A DNA stretch of 32,694 nt from an uncultured Janthinobacterium sp. (GTDB taxonomy: Bacteria > Vulcanimicrobiota > Vulcanimicrobiia > Vulcanimicrobiales > Vulcanimicrobiaceae). Location: positions 1 through 32,694 of the forward strand of contig CAZZXB010000014.1 of NCBI GenBank assembly GCA_964658025.1. Direction: 5' to 3'. Below the pieces are notes generated by a model. It made no database searches, had not been told where the DNA came from, and saw nothing but the letters and a program-made list of their open reading frames with translations. A program made the translations under genes and the position numbers. Shown piece by piece: positions 20,266 to 28,493 of this stretch. Positions within the stretch are counted from its first letter, which is position 1; every line of letters begins with the position of its first letter.

Positions 20266-21332
20266 GCGAGCGCCGCTATCGGGTCGGGATCGTCGGCGCG
20301 AGCTTCGGCGGAGCCGTCCACGCGCCGGCGTTCGCGGCGCAGGGTCGTTTCGACGTCGTCGCGATCGCGTCGCCGAATCGTGCGGCCGAGGTCGCGAAGG
20401 CGCGGAAGATTCCGAACGCGTTCGCCTCGCTCGACGAGATGCTCGGTGCGATCGACCTCGACGTGGTCTCGATCGCGACGCCGCCGTTCGACCATCGCGC
20501 GGCCGTCCTCGCCGCGCTCGACCGCGGGCTCCACGTCTTCTGCGAGAAGCCGTTCGCGCTCGACGTCGCCGAAGCCGAGGAGATGGTCGCGGCGGCCGAG
20601 CGCGCGGGGACGGTCTGCGCGATCGCGCACGAGTTCCGCTACGTTCCCGCGCGACTCGCGCTGCACGAACTCCGCGCGAACGATCATCTCGGACCGCTTC
20701 GCGCGATCGACGTGACGCTCGCCGCGTCGATGCTCCGCGAGGACGTCGAGCGCGCGAACTCGTGGTGGTTCGAGCGCGCGCGCGGCGGCGGGATCACGGG
20801 GGCGATCCTCTCGCATCTCGTCGATCTCTCCACGTGGCTCGCGGGACGCGCGCCGATCCGCTCGACGGGCTACGAGCGGACCGCGAATCCCGTGCGACGC
20901 GCGAACGGCGAGACGTTCGCGAGCGACGTCGCCGACGGCGCCTTCGCCACGATCGATTACGGTTCGGGGCTGATCGGGAACGTCTGGATCGACGCGACGC
21001 GCGCCGCGACGGCGAGCACGACCGCGATCCACGGCGAGCGGCGCACCGCGGTCGCGAGCGGCCCGGACATGGTCGACCTCCGCACGTTCGTCGTCGACGA
21101 CGACGAGACGGCCGAACTCGAAATCGCGCCGTCGCCCTACGATCACCTCAAGGCCGCGCACGGAAATCTTCCGGCGTTCGTCGCGCTCCTCGACGACGTC
21201 GCCGCGCGTCTCGACGGCACCGACGTCCCGCTTCCGAGCTTCGCGGACGGCCTCGCGACGCAACGCGTGCTCGCGTCCGTCGGATACGGAGGTCCGACGC
21301 GACCCGCATCGGAACGCGGGCTTCCGTCGTAG
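20262..21332 (+). CDS. Gfo/Idh/MocA family NAD(P)-dependent oxidoreductase
   Basis: RVGIVGASFG, DVVSIATPPFDH, GLHVFCEKPFA, GGGITGAILSHLVD. ATG overlaps the aminotransferase stop. Confidence 0.92.
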   Translation: MSERRYRVGIVGASFGGAVHAPAFAAQGRFDVVAIASPNRAAEVAKARKIPNAFASLDEMLGAIDLDVVSIATPPFDHRAAVLAALDRGLHVFCEKPFALDVAEAEEMVAAAERAGTVCAIAHEFRYVPARLALHELRANDHLGPLRAIDVTLAASMLREDVERANSWWFERARGGGITGAILSHLVDLSTWLAGRAPIRSTGYERTANPVRRANGETFASDVADGAFATIDYGSGLIGNVWIDATRAATASTTAIHGERRTAVASGPDMVDLRTFVVDDDETAELEIAPSPYDHLKAAHGNLPAFVALLDDVAARLDGTDVPLPSFADGLATQRVLASVGYGGPTRPASERGLPS

Positions 21333-21377
21333 GCGAAGCCGCTCGGCGATGACGGGAGATCCGTCCGTCGCGTCCGG

Positions 21378-21743
21378 CTATCGGTAATCCGTGGGCGCTC
21401 GAAGCTCGGCGAGTAGAACCGCCGCGCGGGCGTAGAATCGCGCGGCGGTCATATCGTCGAAGATCCTGAACGCCGTATCGAGACGCGTGATATCGAAAAG
21501 CCGCCGGCCGAACCGCGCGGGCGGGATGACGATGCAGACGTCGCTCCGACCGTGCGCCGCGATCCGGCGATTGCGCGTTCTCACGAGCGCGTCCAAAAGC
21601 GTCGAATCGAAATATCCGACGTCGCGTAAGTCGACGATCGCCGTCGTCTCGCGATCCAAACGATCGATCTCGCGCAGCTCGCGTTCGATCCGCGACGTCT
21701 CCGCGAAGTCGTACGTGCCGGATAACGATAGCTCGAACGCCAT
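21378..21743 (-). CDS. STAS-domain protein (anti-sigma factor antagonist-like)
   Basis: LSLSGTYDF...IVDLRDVGYFDSTLLDALV...RRLFDITRLD. The DS phosphoacceptor position is retained. Alternative start at 21797. Confidence 0.8.
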   Translation of the reverse strand: MAFELSLSGTYDFAETSRIERELREIDRLDRETTAIVDLRDVGYFDSTLLDALVRTRNRRIAAHGRSDVCIVIPPARFGRRLFDITRLDTAFRIFDDMTAARFYARAAVLLAELRAPTDYR

Positions 21744-21908
21744 GACTACGCTCAACGATAGGCGAGCCGCCGCGCTTCGTCTGTATCGATTTAACATTGG
21801 AGCGACGACGGAAAGGACTCTCCTGTTCGATTTCGAACATAGCGATCGATGATGGGCGCGGCGGACTCGATCGAGACCGTCGCGTCATTAGCATTTTAAG
21901 GACGAACT

Positions 21909-22697
21909 TTGGAGCCAACGAAATCGTCCGGTCGTCGTTCGACCGGAATCGTCACTTCCGAAGTGATGCGGCGGAATGCGATTCTCTCCGGGCTCGACGA
22001 GTCGGAGGGCGCGCGCGTCCTCGCCGAGGGCGCGCTCGTGAACCTGCGCGTCCGCGATCAGATCTATCTGCCCGAGGAACGCGTCACGGGCGTGTACTTC
22101 CCCATCGATTCGGTGCTCTCGATCGTCACGCGGATGAAGGACGGAAGCCAGATCGAGGTCGGCACGATCGGACGCGAAGGCGTATCCGCCATCCCCTTAC
22201 TCCTGGGCGCGACCACGACCGCCAACGAGTCGTATTGCCAGGTCCCGGGCATCGCGGTCAAGCTCGATGCCGCGTTGTTTCTCTCGTTCTTTTCGAACCG
22301 CACGTTCCGGCAATTACTCGATCGCTACGTCCAGGCGTACGTCAACATGCTCGGGCAACTCGCGGCCTGTAACCGCTTGCACACGGTGTACGAGCGATGC
22401 GCGCGTTGGCTCCTCATGACCCAAGATCGCGTCGGTCTTGCGGATATTCCGCTAACGCACGAGTATCTCGCGATGATGCTCGGCACGCACCGCTCCGGCG
22501 TCACGATCGCCGCCGGAACGCTCCAAAAAGCCGGGCTCATCACCTACGGGAACGGAATCATCAAGATCGTCGACCGTTCGGGCTTGCAGAACGCGTCGTG
22601 CGAATGTTACGACGTAGCGGTCGAACAGTTCGGCGGACTTCTCCGCGCGACGAACGGACAAGGCGAACCACGCACGGCGGGGGGATCGCCCGCGTAG
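21909..22697 (+). CDS. Crp/Fnr family transcriptional regulator
   Basis: VYFPIDSVLSIV, EVGTIGREG, ACNRLHTVYERCARWLL, LTHEYLAMMLGTHRSGVT (HTH), SCECY. SD AAGGA precedes TTG 21909; alternative ATG at 21966. Confidence 0.92.
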   Translation: MEPTKSSGRRSTGIVTSEVMRRNAILSGLDESEGARVLAEGALVNLRVRDQIYLPEERVTGVYFPIDSVLSIVTRMKDGSQIEVGTIGREGVSAIPLLLGATTTANESYCQVPGIAVKLDAALFLSFFSNRTFRQLLDRYVQAYVNMLGQLAACNRLHTVYERCARWLLMTQDRVGLADIPLTHEYLAMMLGTHRSGVTIAAGTLQKAGLITYGNGIIKIVDRSGLQNASCECYDVAVEQFGGLLRATNGQGEPRTAGGSPA

Positions 22698-22826
22698 CCT
22701 CGCCTCGAGCGCGCACGACGCGGGAGGGATGCGCGGACGAACTCGCCGAGCGACGCGGCATCCGCGCGCGAGATCGGCTCGTCCGACCGGACGACGTGCT
22801 CGGACGAAAGATTTTCACCTACGCGC

Positions 22827-22865
22827 GCGAACGGGGAGCCCACGCACGTTCGCTTTTATTCTTTT
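22827..22865 (+). terminator. Putative intrinsic terminator directly before the next gene's SD
   Basis: GCGAACG-N13-CGTTCGC followed by TTTTATTCTTTT. Confidence 0.55.
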
Positions 22866-22875
22866 GAGGTCGACG

Positions 22876-23292
22876 ATGACGACACCGTATCTCGAAAGCG
22901 CTTCGCCCGTCGGCGCCCCCTTCGGACGCGAGAACCCGGGCGCCGTTCCCTTGACGAAATATTCGGGGCAATGGAATTGGGGCGCGTTCGGCGTCTGCCC
23001 GTTTTGGTTGATGAACCACGGCAAGATCTGGACCGGCGTCGCCTACATCGTCGCCGCGCTCATCCCGATTCTCGGATCGCTCGTGACCCTCGCCATGGCG
23101 ATCTATTTCGGTATCAAGGGCAACGACGTCGCCGTTCGCAATCGCGCGTTCCGCGACGAAGCGCAGTTCGTCGCCGTTCAGAACGCCTGGCGCAACTGGG
23201 GTATCGGGCTCTTACTGTTCGGAATCATCTTCGGCGTGCTCGTCTTCACGACGCGCATCATGCATCCGCACGTCCCTCCGGCTCCGGTCTGA
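22876..23292 (+). CDS. Small membrane protein with a WNWGAF motif (DUF2628-like)
   Basis: SD GAGGT precedes the ATG. WNWGAFGVCPFW, hydrophobic helices, FGIKGN, F..VQNAWRNWG. Confidence 0.8.
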   Translation: MTTPYLESASPVGAPFGRENPGAVPLTKYSGQWNWGAFGVCPFWLMNHGKIWTGVAYIVAALIPILGSLVTLAMAIYFGIKGNDVAVRNRAFRDEAQFVAVQNAWRNWGIGLLLFGIIFGVLVFTTRIMHPHVPPAPV

Positions 23293-23330
23293 CCGGACGA
23301 AGCGGGAGCCGTCGTACCGAATCGCGCGCG

Positions 23331-24608
23331 CTACGACGGAACGGCTTCTCGTTTGTCGAGATAGCGCCAGGCGAGGTTGAGCGCGACGACCGTCGCGCGC
23401 CGACGCACGTCGTCGCGCGTACCGGGGAAGGTGATGCGGCGGACCGTCGACGCACCGTCGCGTCCGGCGACCGCGATGTAGACGAGACCGACGGGCTTGT
23501 CGTCCGTCGCGCCGCTCGGGCCCGCGATCCCCGTCGTCGCGATGCCGACGTCGGCGCCGACGCGAACGCACGCGCCGCGCGCCATCGCGATCGCGACTTC
23601 CTCGCTCACGGCACCGTGCTCGCGCAAGAGCGCTTCGTCCACATCGAGCAACGACGTCTTCACCGCGTTGTCGTACGCGACGATGCCGCCGCGGAACGTT
23701 TTCGACGCACCCGGCACGCGCACGATCGCGTCGGCGATCGCGCCGCCCGTGATCGACTCGGCGGTCGCGAGCGTCGACCCGCGCGACGCGAGCCGCGCGA
23801 GCAGCGCGCCTTCGAGCGTCTCGTCGTCGATCCCGAAGATGCCCTCGCCGATCCGTTCGCGTAAATCGGCTTCCACGGGTGCGATGAGCGCGTCCGCGGT
23901 CGCGCGGTCGACGGCCTTCGCCATGATCTTCACGTCGACGCGAAACGTGTGCGCGAGGACCGCGATCTTGGGATTCTCGAGTTCGCGGAAGAGCGGCGCG
24001 ATCCGATCGTCGACGACCGATTCGCCGATCCCGACCGTGTGCAACGTGCGCGTGTAGATCGCGGAGTCGAGCTCGCGATTCGCGACCAGCCAGGGCAAGA
24101 ATTTCTCCGCGAGCATCGGCTTCATCTCGCTCGGGACGCCCGGCATACAGGCGACGAATCTGCCGTCGGCACGTAGCGCGATGAAGCCGGGCGCGGTGCC
24201 GTGCGGATTCTCCATCACGATGCAGCCCTTCGGTAAGATCGCCTGACGTCGGTTGTTCTCCGCGATCGCACCCGGCCGTCCGAGGGCCGCGAAGCGGGCC
24301 TCGATCGCGACGACCGACGGCTCGTGGAGCTCGAGCGTCGTACCGACGGCGACCGCGACCGCTTCCTTCGTGAGATCGTCGACCGTCGGCCCGAGACCGC
24401 CCGTCGTCACGACGCCGTCGGCGCGTTCGAGCGCGCCTTCGAGCATCGCCGCCAGCCGCGCGGTGTTGTCGCCGACGGAATGCTTCGCGTAGACGTCCAC
24501 GCCGCTATCGGCGAGCTTGCTCGCGATGTGCGCCGAGTTCGTATCGACGAGGTGTCCGAGCAAGAGCTCGGTCCCGATCGTCACGATCTCGACGCTCGTC
24601 GCCGCCAT
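23331..24608 (-). CDS. cinA: Competence/damage-inducible protein CinA (MoCF domain plus NMN deamidase PncC)
   Basis: IGTELLLGHLVDTNS, TGGLGPTVDDLT, NPHGTAPG, PGVPSEM, ATAESITGG, HGAVSEEVA, TGIAGPSG, KPVGLVY. Confidence 0.95.
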   Translation of the reverse strand: MAATSVEIVTIGTELLLGHLVDTNSAHIASKLADSGVDVYAKHSVGDNTARLAAMLEGALERADGVVTTGGLGPTVDDLTKEAVAVAVGTTLELHEPSVVAIEARFAALGRPGAIAENNRRQAILPKGCIVMENPHGTAPGFIALRADGRFVACMPGVPSEMKPMLAEKFLPWLVANRELDSAIYTRTLHTVGIGESVVDDRIAPLFRELENPKIAVLAHTFRVDVKIMAKAVDRATADALIAPVEADLRERIGEGIFGIDDETLEGALLARLASRGSTLATAESITGGAIADAIVRVPGASKTFRGGIVAYDNAVKTSLLDVDEALLREHGAVSEEVAIAMARGACVRVGADVGIATTGIAGPSGATDDKPVGLVYIAVAGRDGASTVRRITFPGTRDDVRRRATVVALNLAWRYLDKREAVPS

Positions 24609-25234
24609 CACAGCACCTCGGGTCGCATGCCCTCGAGTTCCTCGCGGAACCATGCGGGATACGTCAGATCGATTTCGACCTCGAAGCCCTCGGCGACGGC
24701 CATCATCGCGCCGCGACGCTCGGGCGACGTGGCGAACTTCGTGCGGTTCCGCTCGCGCTGCGCGTTCTGACAATCGATGAACCGCACGAACGTTTCGTCG
24801 AGCACTTTCTGCAGTGCCGCGCGCAACTTGCCGCCGACGCGCGGTGCGATCCCGCCCGTCGAGATCGCGATGCGCACGGGCCCGGCTTTGACGATCGCCT
24901 GCATCGCGACGAAGCCGTGCTTGGGCTGGTCGATCGCGCAGAGCAAGAACTTGTGCGTGTCGGAGAGCGCGCGCAAGCGCGCCGAGAGCGCCTCGTCCTG
25001 CGGCGTGGAGATCACGAAGAACGCATCCGCCACGTCCTCGTCGCGGAGCGACGCGACGTCCGTGATCCACGTGACGTCGCCGCCGACCTCGCGGAGCGCC
25101 TCGTCTTTTTCGATCGCTTCGCGATCGTCGGTCGCGCCGATCACGACGCACTTGCGTCCGCGCAGGTTGAGACCGACGGGATAGAAGACGAACGGATACT
25201 TCGTTACGTCGTGGGGCATCGTTGCGAGCGCCAT
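24608..25234 (-). CDS. Precorrin-2 dehydrogenase/ferrochelatase-like protein (SirC/CysG N-terminal family) with an atypical nucleotide-binding loop
   Basis: FYPVGLNLRGRKCVVIG, CAIDQP, IVKAGPVRIAISTGGIAP. The canonical GGGxVA motif is replaced by GATDDREA. Confidence 0.75.
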   Translation of the reverse strand: MALATMPHDVTKYPFVFYPVGLNLRGRKCVVIGATDDREAIEKDEALREVGGDVTWITDVASLRDEDVADAFFVISTPQDEALSARLRALSDTHKFLLCAIDQPKHGFVAMQAIVKAGPVRIAISTGGIAPRVGGKLRAALQKVLDETFVRFIDCQNAQRERNRTKFATSPERRGAMMAVAEGFEVEIDLTYPAWFREELEGMRPEVL

Positions 25235-25235
25235 A

Positions 25236-26099
25236 TCAAAAGTCCACCGGTCGGAGATAGAATTCGTTGATCGCCGTGTTGCTGAGCATCGCGGTCGTGG
25301 GGAGGTGCCGTTTCCAATGCGTTCCGTCGACGCGACGCCGCACGAGCGCGACGTCGCTCTCCGCGAACCCGCGTGCCGCGATCTTCGCGTCGGAGAATCC
25401 GGAAAGCATGAGGGCGAGGATCGCGTCGGCTTCGCGATACGTGATGCCGAGATCCGTCTCGTCGGTCTGATTCGCTTCGAGGTCGGCGCTCGGTGCCTTG
25501 TCGACGATCCGCGCCGGCACGCCGAGATATTTCGCGAGTTGCCACACCTGCGTCTTGAAGAGATCGCCGATCGGATTGAGCGGCGGCGTGTCGTCCGCGT
25601 GCCACGTGAAATAACCCATCATCCGCTCGGTTTTATTCCCCGTCCCGATCGGTAACGCGCCGAACTTCGCCGATTGGTCGAACAGCACGAGCATCCGCGT
25701 GCGCGCCATCACGTTGCCCCGGCGCCGCGCGTCGGCATCGCCTTCGAATCGCAGATACCCGTCGACCGCATCCGTGATCTCGATCGTATGCGAACGACAA
25801 CCGAGCGCGTCGATCACCGCCTGCGCGTCGCCGAGACTATCGGGGCTCGAACTGCGATACGGCATGCGGATCGCGTGCACGTTCTCAGGACCGAGCGCGC
25901 GCGCGCAGAGATACGCGACGAGCGCCGAATCGACGCCGCCGGAGAGCCCGAGGACCGCCCGCGCGATGCCGCGCCGCTCGACGAGTTCGTCGCGTAGGAA
26001 CGCTTCGAGCCAGGTCGCGACGAGCGCGCAATCGATGTCGAGCGAGGTCCGTCGCGGCGCCGTCGCATCGACGATCTCGATCGCCGCGTGGCCGTTCAC
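25236..26099 (-). CDS. nadE: NAD+ synthetase (single synthetase domain)
   Basis: LGLSGGVDSA, GNVMARTRM, GTGNKTE, PIGDLFKTQV, KAPSADL, TDETDLG. Confidence 0.95.
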   Translation of the reverse strand: MNGHAAIEIVDATAPRRTSLDIDCALVATWLEAFLRDELVERRGIARAVLGLSGGVDSALVAYLCARALGPENVHAIRMPYRSSSPDSLGDAQAVIDALGCRSHTIEITDAVDGYLRFEGDADARRRGNVMARTRMLVLFDQSAKFGALPIGTGNKTERMMGYFTWHADDTPPLNPIGDLFKTQVWQLAKYLGVPARIVDKAPSADLEANQTDETDLGITYREADAILALMLSGFSDAKIAARGFAESDVALVRRRVDGTHWKRHLPTTAMLSNTAINEFYLRPVDF

Positions 26100-26992
26100 T
26101 TCGGCACCTCGAGCGGCCGTGCCGCTGCGAGCGCGTCCGCGAGCAGGTCCGGGAGCACGGACGAGAGATCGCCGAGCAGGGGGAGACGCGAACGGGCGAG
26201 ATCGACGTCGGTGAGATCGAGATCGGCCCGCAGGACGTGCGCGCCGAGCGTCGGGAGTTCGCCGATCGTATCGCCGAAGGGATCGATCGCGAACGACGAT
26301 CCCGCCATGCCCTTCCCGCCCTCGAAGCCCGCGAGACCCGCGTAGATTGCGAACACACCGTGTTCGACGGCATACGAGCGCACGACGTTACGCCAATACG
26401 AGAGGCTCTCGAGTTCGCCGTGGCCGCCGAATCCGCGACCGGGCGAAGCGCTCGGCACGATCAACACGCGCGCGCCCTTGATCGCCGCGAGCATCGGAAC
26501 GATCGCGTGCCAGGCGTCCTCGCAGATGAGGATCGCCGCGCGACCGAACGACGTGTCGAACGCGTCGATCCGCCTTCCGCGCGAGAGAAAACGCGCTTCG
26601 TCGAACACGCCGTACGTCGGCAAGAAGAGCTTGCGATGCACGTGCACGATCCGAAAACCACCGTCGGCTTCCACGCGCACGTAGAGCGCCGAGTTATAGT
26701 ACGTGCCGTCCGCGTTTTCGTAGAAGCCGAGCACGACGTCGACGGCGCGCCGCGACGCTCCGGACGCACGATGCCAGAGCCCCGCGATCCGCTCCGCCGT
26801 CTCGGACGCCGAACGCGCGAGCGCGTACACGCCGCCCTCGAGAAAGTATCCCGTCAACGCGGCTTCGGGAAGGACGACGAGATCGTAGGGCTCCGGATCG
26901 CGCGCGAGTTGCGCGAAGATCGCGCCGAGCGCCTCGGCGTTTCCGTCGAGATCGCCCTTCCGCGGCTTACTCTGAACGATCGCCAGCCGCAC
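26096..26992 (-). CDS. Nitrilase-family hydrolase, the probable stand-alone glutaminase subunit of NAD synthetase
   Basis: MRLAIVQSKP, LPEAALTGY (E), HRKLFLPTYGVFDEARF (K), LICEDAWH (C), PSASPGRG. Its stop overlaps the nadE start. Confidence 0.88.
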   Translation of the reverse strand: MRLAIVQSKPRKGDLDGNAEALGAIFAQLARDPEPYDLVVLPEAALTGYFLEGGVYALARSASETAERIAGLWHRASGASRRAVDVVLGFYENADGTYYNSALYVRVEADGGFRIVHVHRKLFLPTYGVFDEARFLSRGRRIDAFDTSFGRAAILICEDAWHAIVPMLAAIKGARVLIVPSASPGRGFGGHGELESLSYWRNVVRSYAVEHGVFAIYAGLAGFEGGKGMAGSSFAIDPFGDTIGELPTLGAHVLRADLDLTDVDLARSRLPLLGDLSSVLPDLLADALAAARPLEVPK

Positions 26993-27003
26993 GACCGACC
27001 CGT

Positions 27004-28413
27004 TCAGGCCGTGACCGCTAGGGGCTCGGCTCCGCGCGCCGCGATCGTCTCGGCGAGTTCTTCCGCCGGATACGTCCAGATTTCGGCGAGCGTCGGATGG
27101 AGGTGCGGGATCTTCGCGAACTCCTGCGCGGTGCCGCCGTAGTACATCGCCACGACGACCTCGTGGATGAGATCGGAGGCCTCCGCGCCGACGACCGCCG
27201 CGCCGAGTAATCTCCCCGTTCGGGGCTCGGCCATCATCTTGACGAACCCCTTCGTCTTGTTGATCGCGACGGCTTTTCCGTGATCGCTGAACGAGTATTT
27301 CGCCGCGATGAAGGGCACGCCATCCGCTTCGAGCTCTTTTTCGGTGCGGCCCGCGATCGCGATCTGCGGATCCGTGAAGATCGTATGCGTCCGCTGTAAC
27401 GAATAATCGGCCGCTTCGGCGGTGCCGAGGACGGCGTTGCGTGCGGCGATCTCGCCCTGATAGATCGCGACGTGGACGAGCGGATAGATGCCCGTCACGT
27501 CGCCGACCGCGAAAATATTGGGGACGCACGTGCGCAGGTCCGGGCCGACTTCGATCCCGGTGATGCCGTGGCAGGCGACGCCCGCGATCTCGAGCCCGAG
27601 ACCCTCGACGTTCGGGACCCGTCCGAGCGCGTAGAAGATCTCCTCGGCCGCGATCTCGCCCGGCTCGTCGCCGACGAAATACCGCACGATCTTCTCGCCG
27701 CCGCGCACCTCGACGTGCGAGAGGCGGACGCCCGTGCGTACGTCGATGCCCTCGTCGCGGAAGTGGGCCGTCACGTTCTCGCCGACGTCGCGATCTTCGC
27801 TCGAGAGCAGGTGGTTCGCACGGATGAGGAACGTCGTCTTCACGCCCATCCGCGACAGGAACTGGCCGAGCTCGCTACCGACGTAGCCGCCGCCGAGCAC
27901 GACGATCGACGTCGGGAGCACGTCGCGATCGAGCACCTCGTCGCTGTCGACGTAACCCGCCTCGGCGAGTCCGGGGAGGACCGCGGGCGCGATCCGGCTT
28001 CCGGTCGCCACGATCACGTTCTTCGCGACGAGCAGATCGTCGCCGACGCGGATCGTCGTCGCCGATTCGAAACGCGCGTCGCCGCGGAAGAGCGGAAATT
28101 GCTCGATCCCCTCGGTCCGATACTCGGCGAAGCCCTTGATGATCTCGCGCTTACGCGCGAAGATCTCCTTGAGGTCGATCCGCGGCTCGCCCGCGTGGAT
28201 GCCGAGCGCGCCGCCTTCGCGGACGTCGTGGGCGAGATCGCTCGACGCGATGAGCGTTTTCGACGGCATGCAGCCCTCGAGGATGCAGAGCCCGCCGAGC
28301 GGCCCGCGATCGACGATCGCGACGGAGGCGCCGAGCGCGCGCGCCGTGCGGGCGGCCGCGTAGCCGCCGCTTCCGGCGCCGATGACGACGAGATCGAACT
28401 GCGAGCGATTCAC
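27004..28413 (-). CDS. Class I flavoprotein disulfide reductase (dihydrolipoamide dehydrogenase-like)
   Basis: DLVVIGAGSGG, GGLCILEGCMPSK (redox CxxxxC), LGGGYVGSE, FAVGD, HLHPTLAE. GTG 28413 with SD AGGAG. Confidence 0.9.
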   Translation of the reverse strand: MNRSQFDLVVIGAGSGGYAAARTARALGASVAIVDRGPLGGLCILEGCMPSKTLIASSDLAHDVREGGALGIHAGEPRIDLKEIFARKREIIKGFAEYRTEGIEQFPLFRGDARFESATTIRVGDDLLVAKNVIVATGSRIAPAVLPGLAEAGYVDSDEVLDRDVLPTSIVVLGGGYVGSELGQFLSRMGVKTTFLIRANHLLSSEDRDVGENVTAHFRDEGIDVRTGVRLSHVEVRGGEKIVRYFVGDEPGEIAAEEIFYALGRVPNVEGLGLEIAGVACHGITGIEVGPDLRTCVPNIFAVGDVTGIYPLVHVAIYQGEIAARNAVLGTAEAADYSLQRTHTIFTDPQIAIAGRTEKELEADGVPFIAAKYSFSDHGKAVAINKTKGFVKMMAEPRTGRLLGAAVVGAEASDLIHEVVVAMYYGGTAQEFAKIPHLHPTLAEIWTYPAEELAETIAARGAEPLAVTA

Positions 28414-28493
28414 GTCTCCTCCAACCCCCTCATGCGCACAAACGGTTCGGGGTCTGGGGGGGCGCATCCGTTCGCACCGAAGATCGCCTCCGA

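Noticed and set aside
21346..21371. Hairpin between the convergent Gfo/Idh/MocA and STAS genes as a terminator
   Set aside because: The stem is imperfect with no U-tract on either strand, so support is too weak.
27004..28413. Mercuric reductase MerA
   Set aside because: No C-terminal Cys-Cys pair, no N-terminal metal-binding domain and no mer genes nearby.
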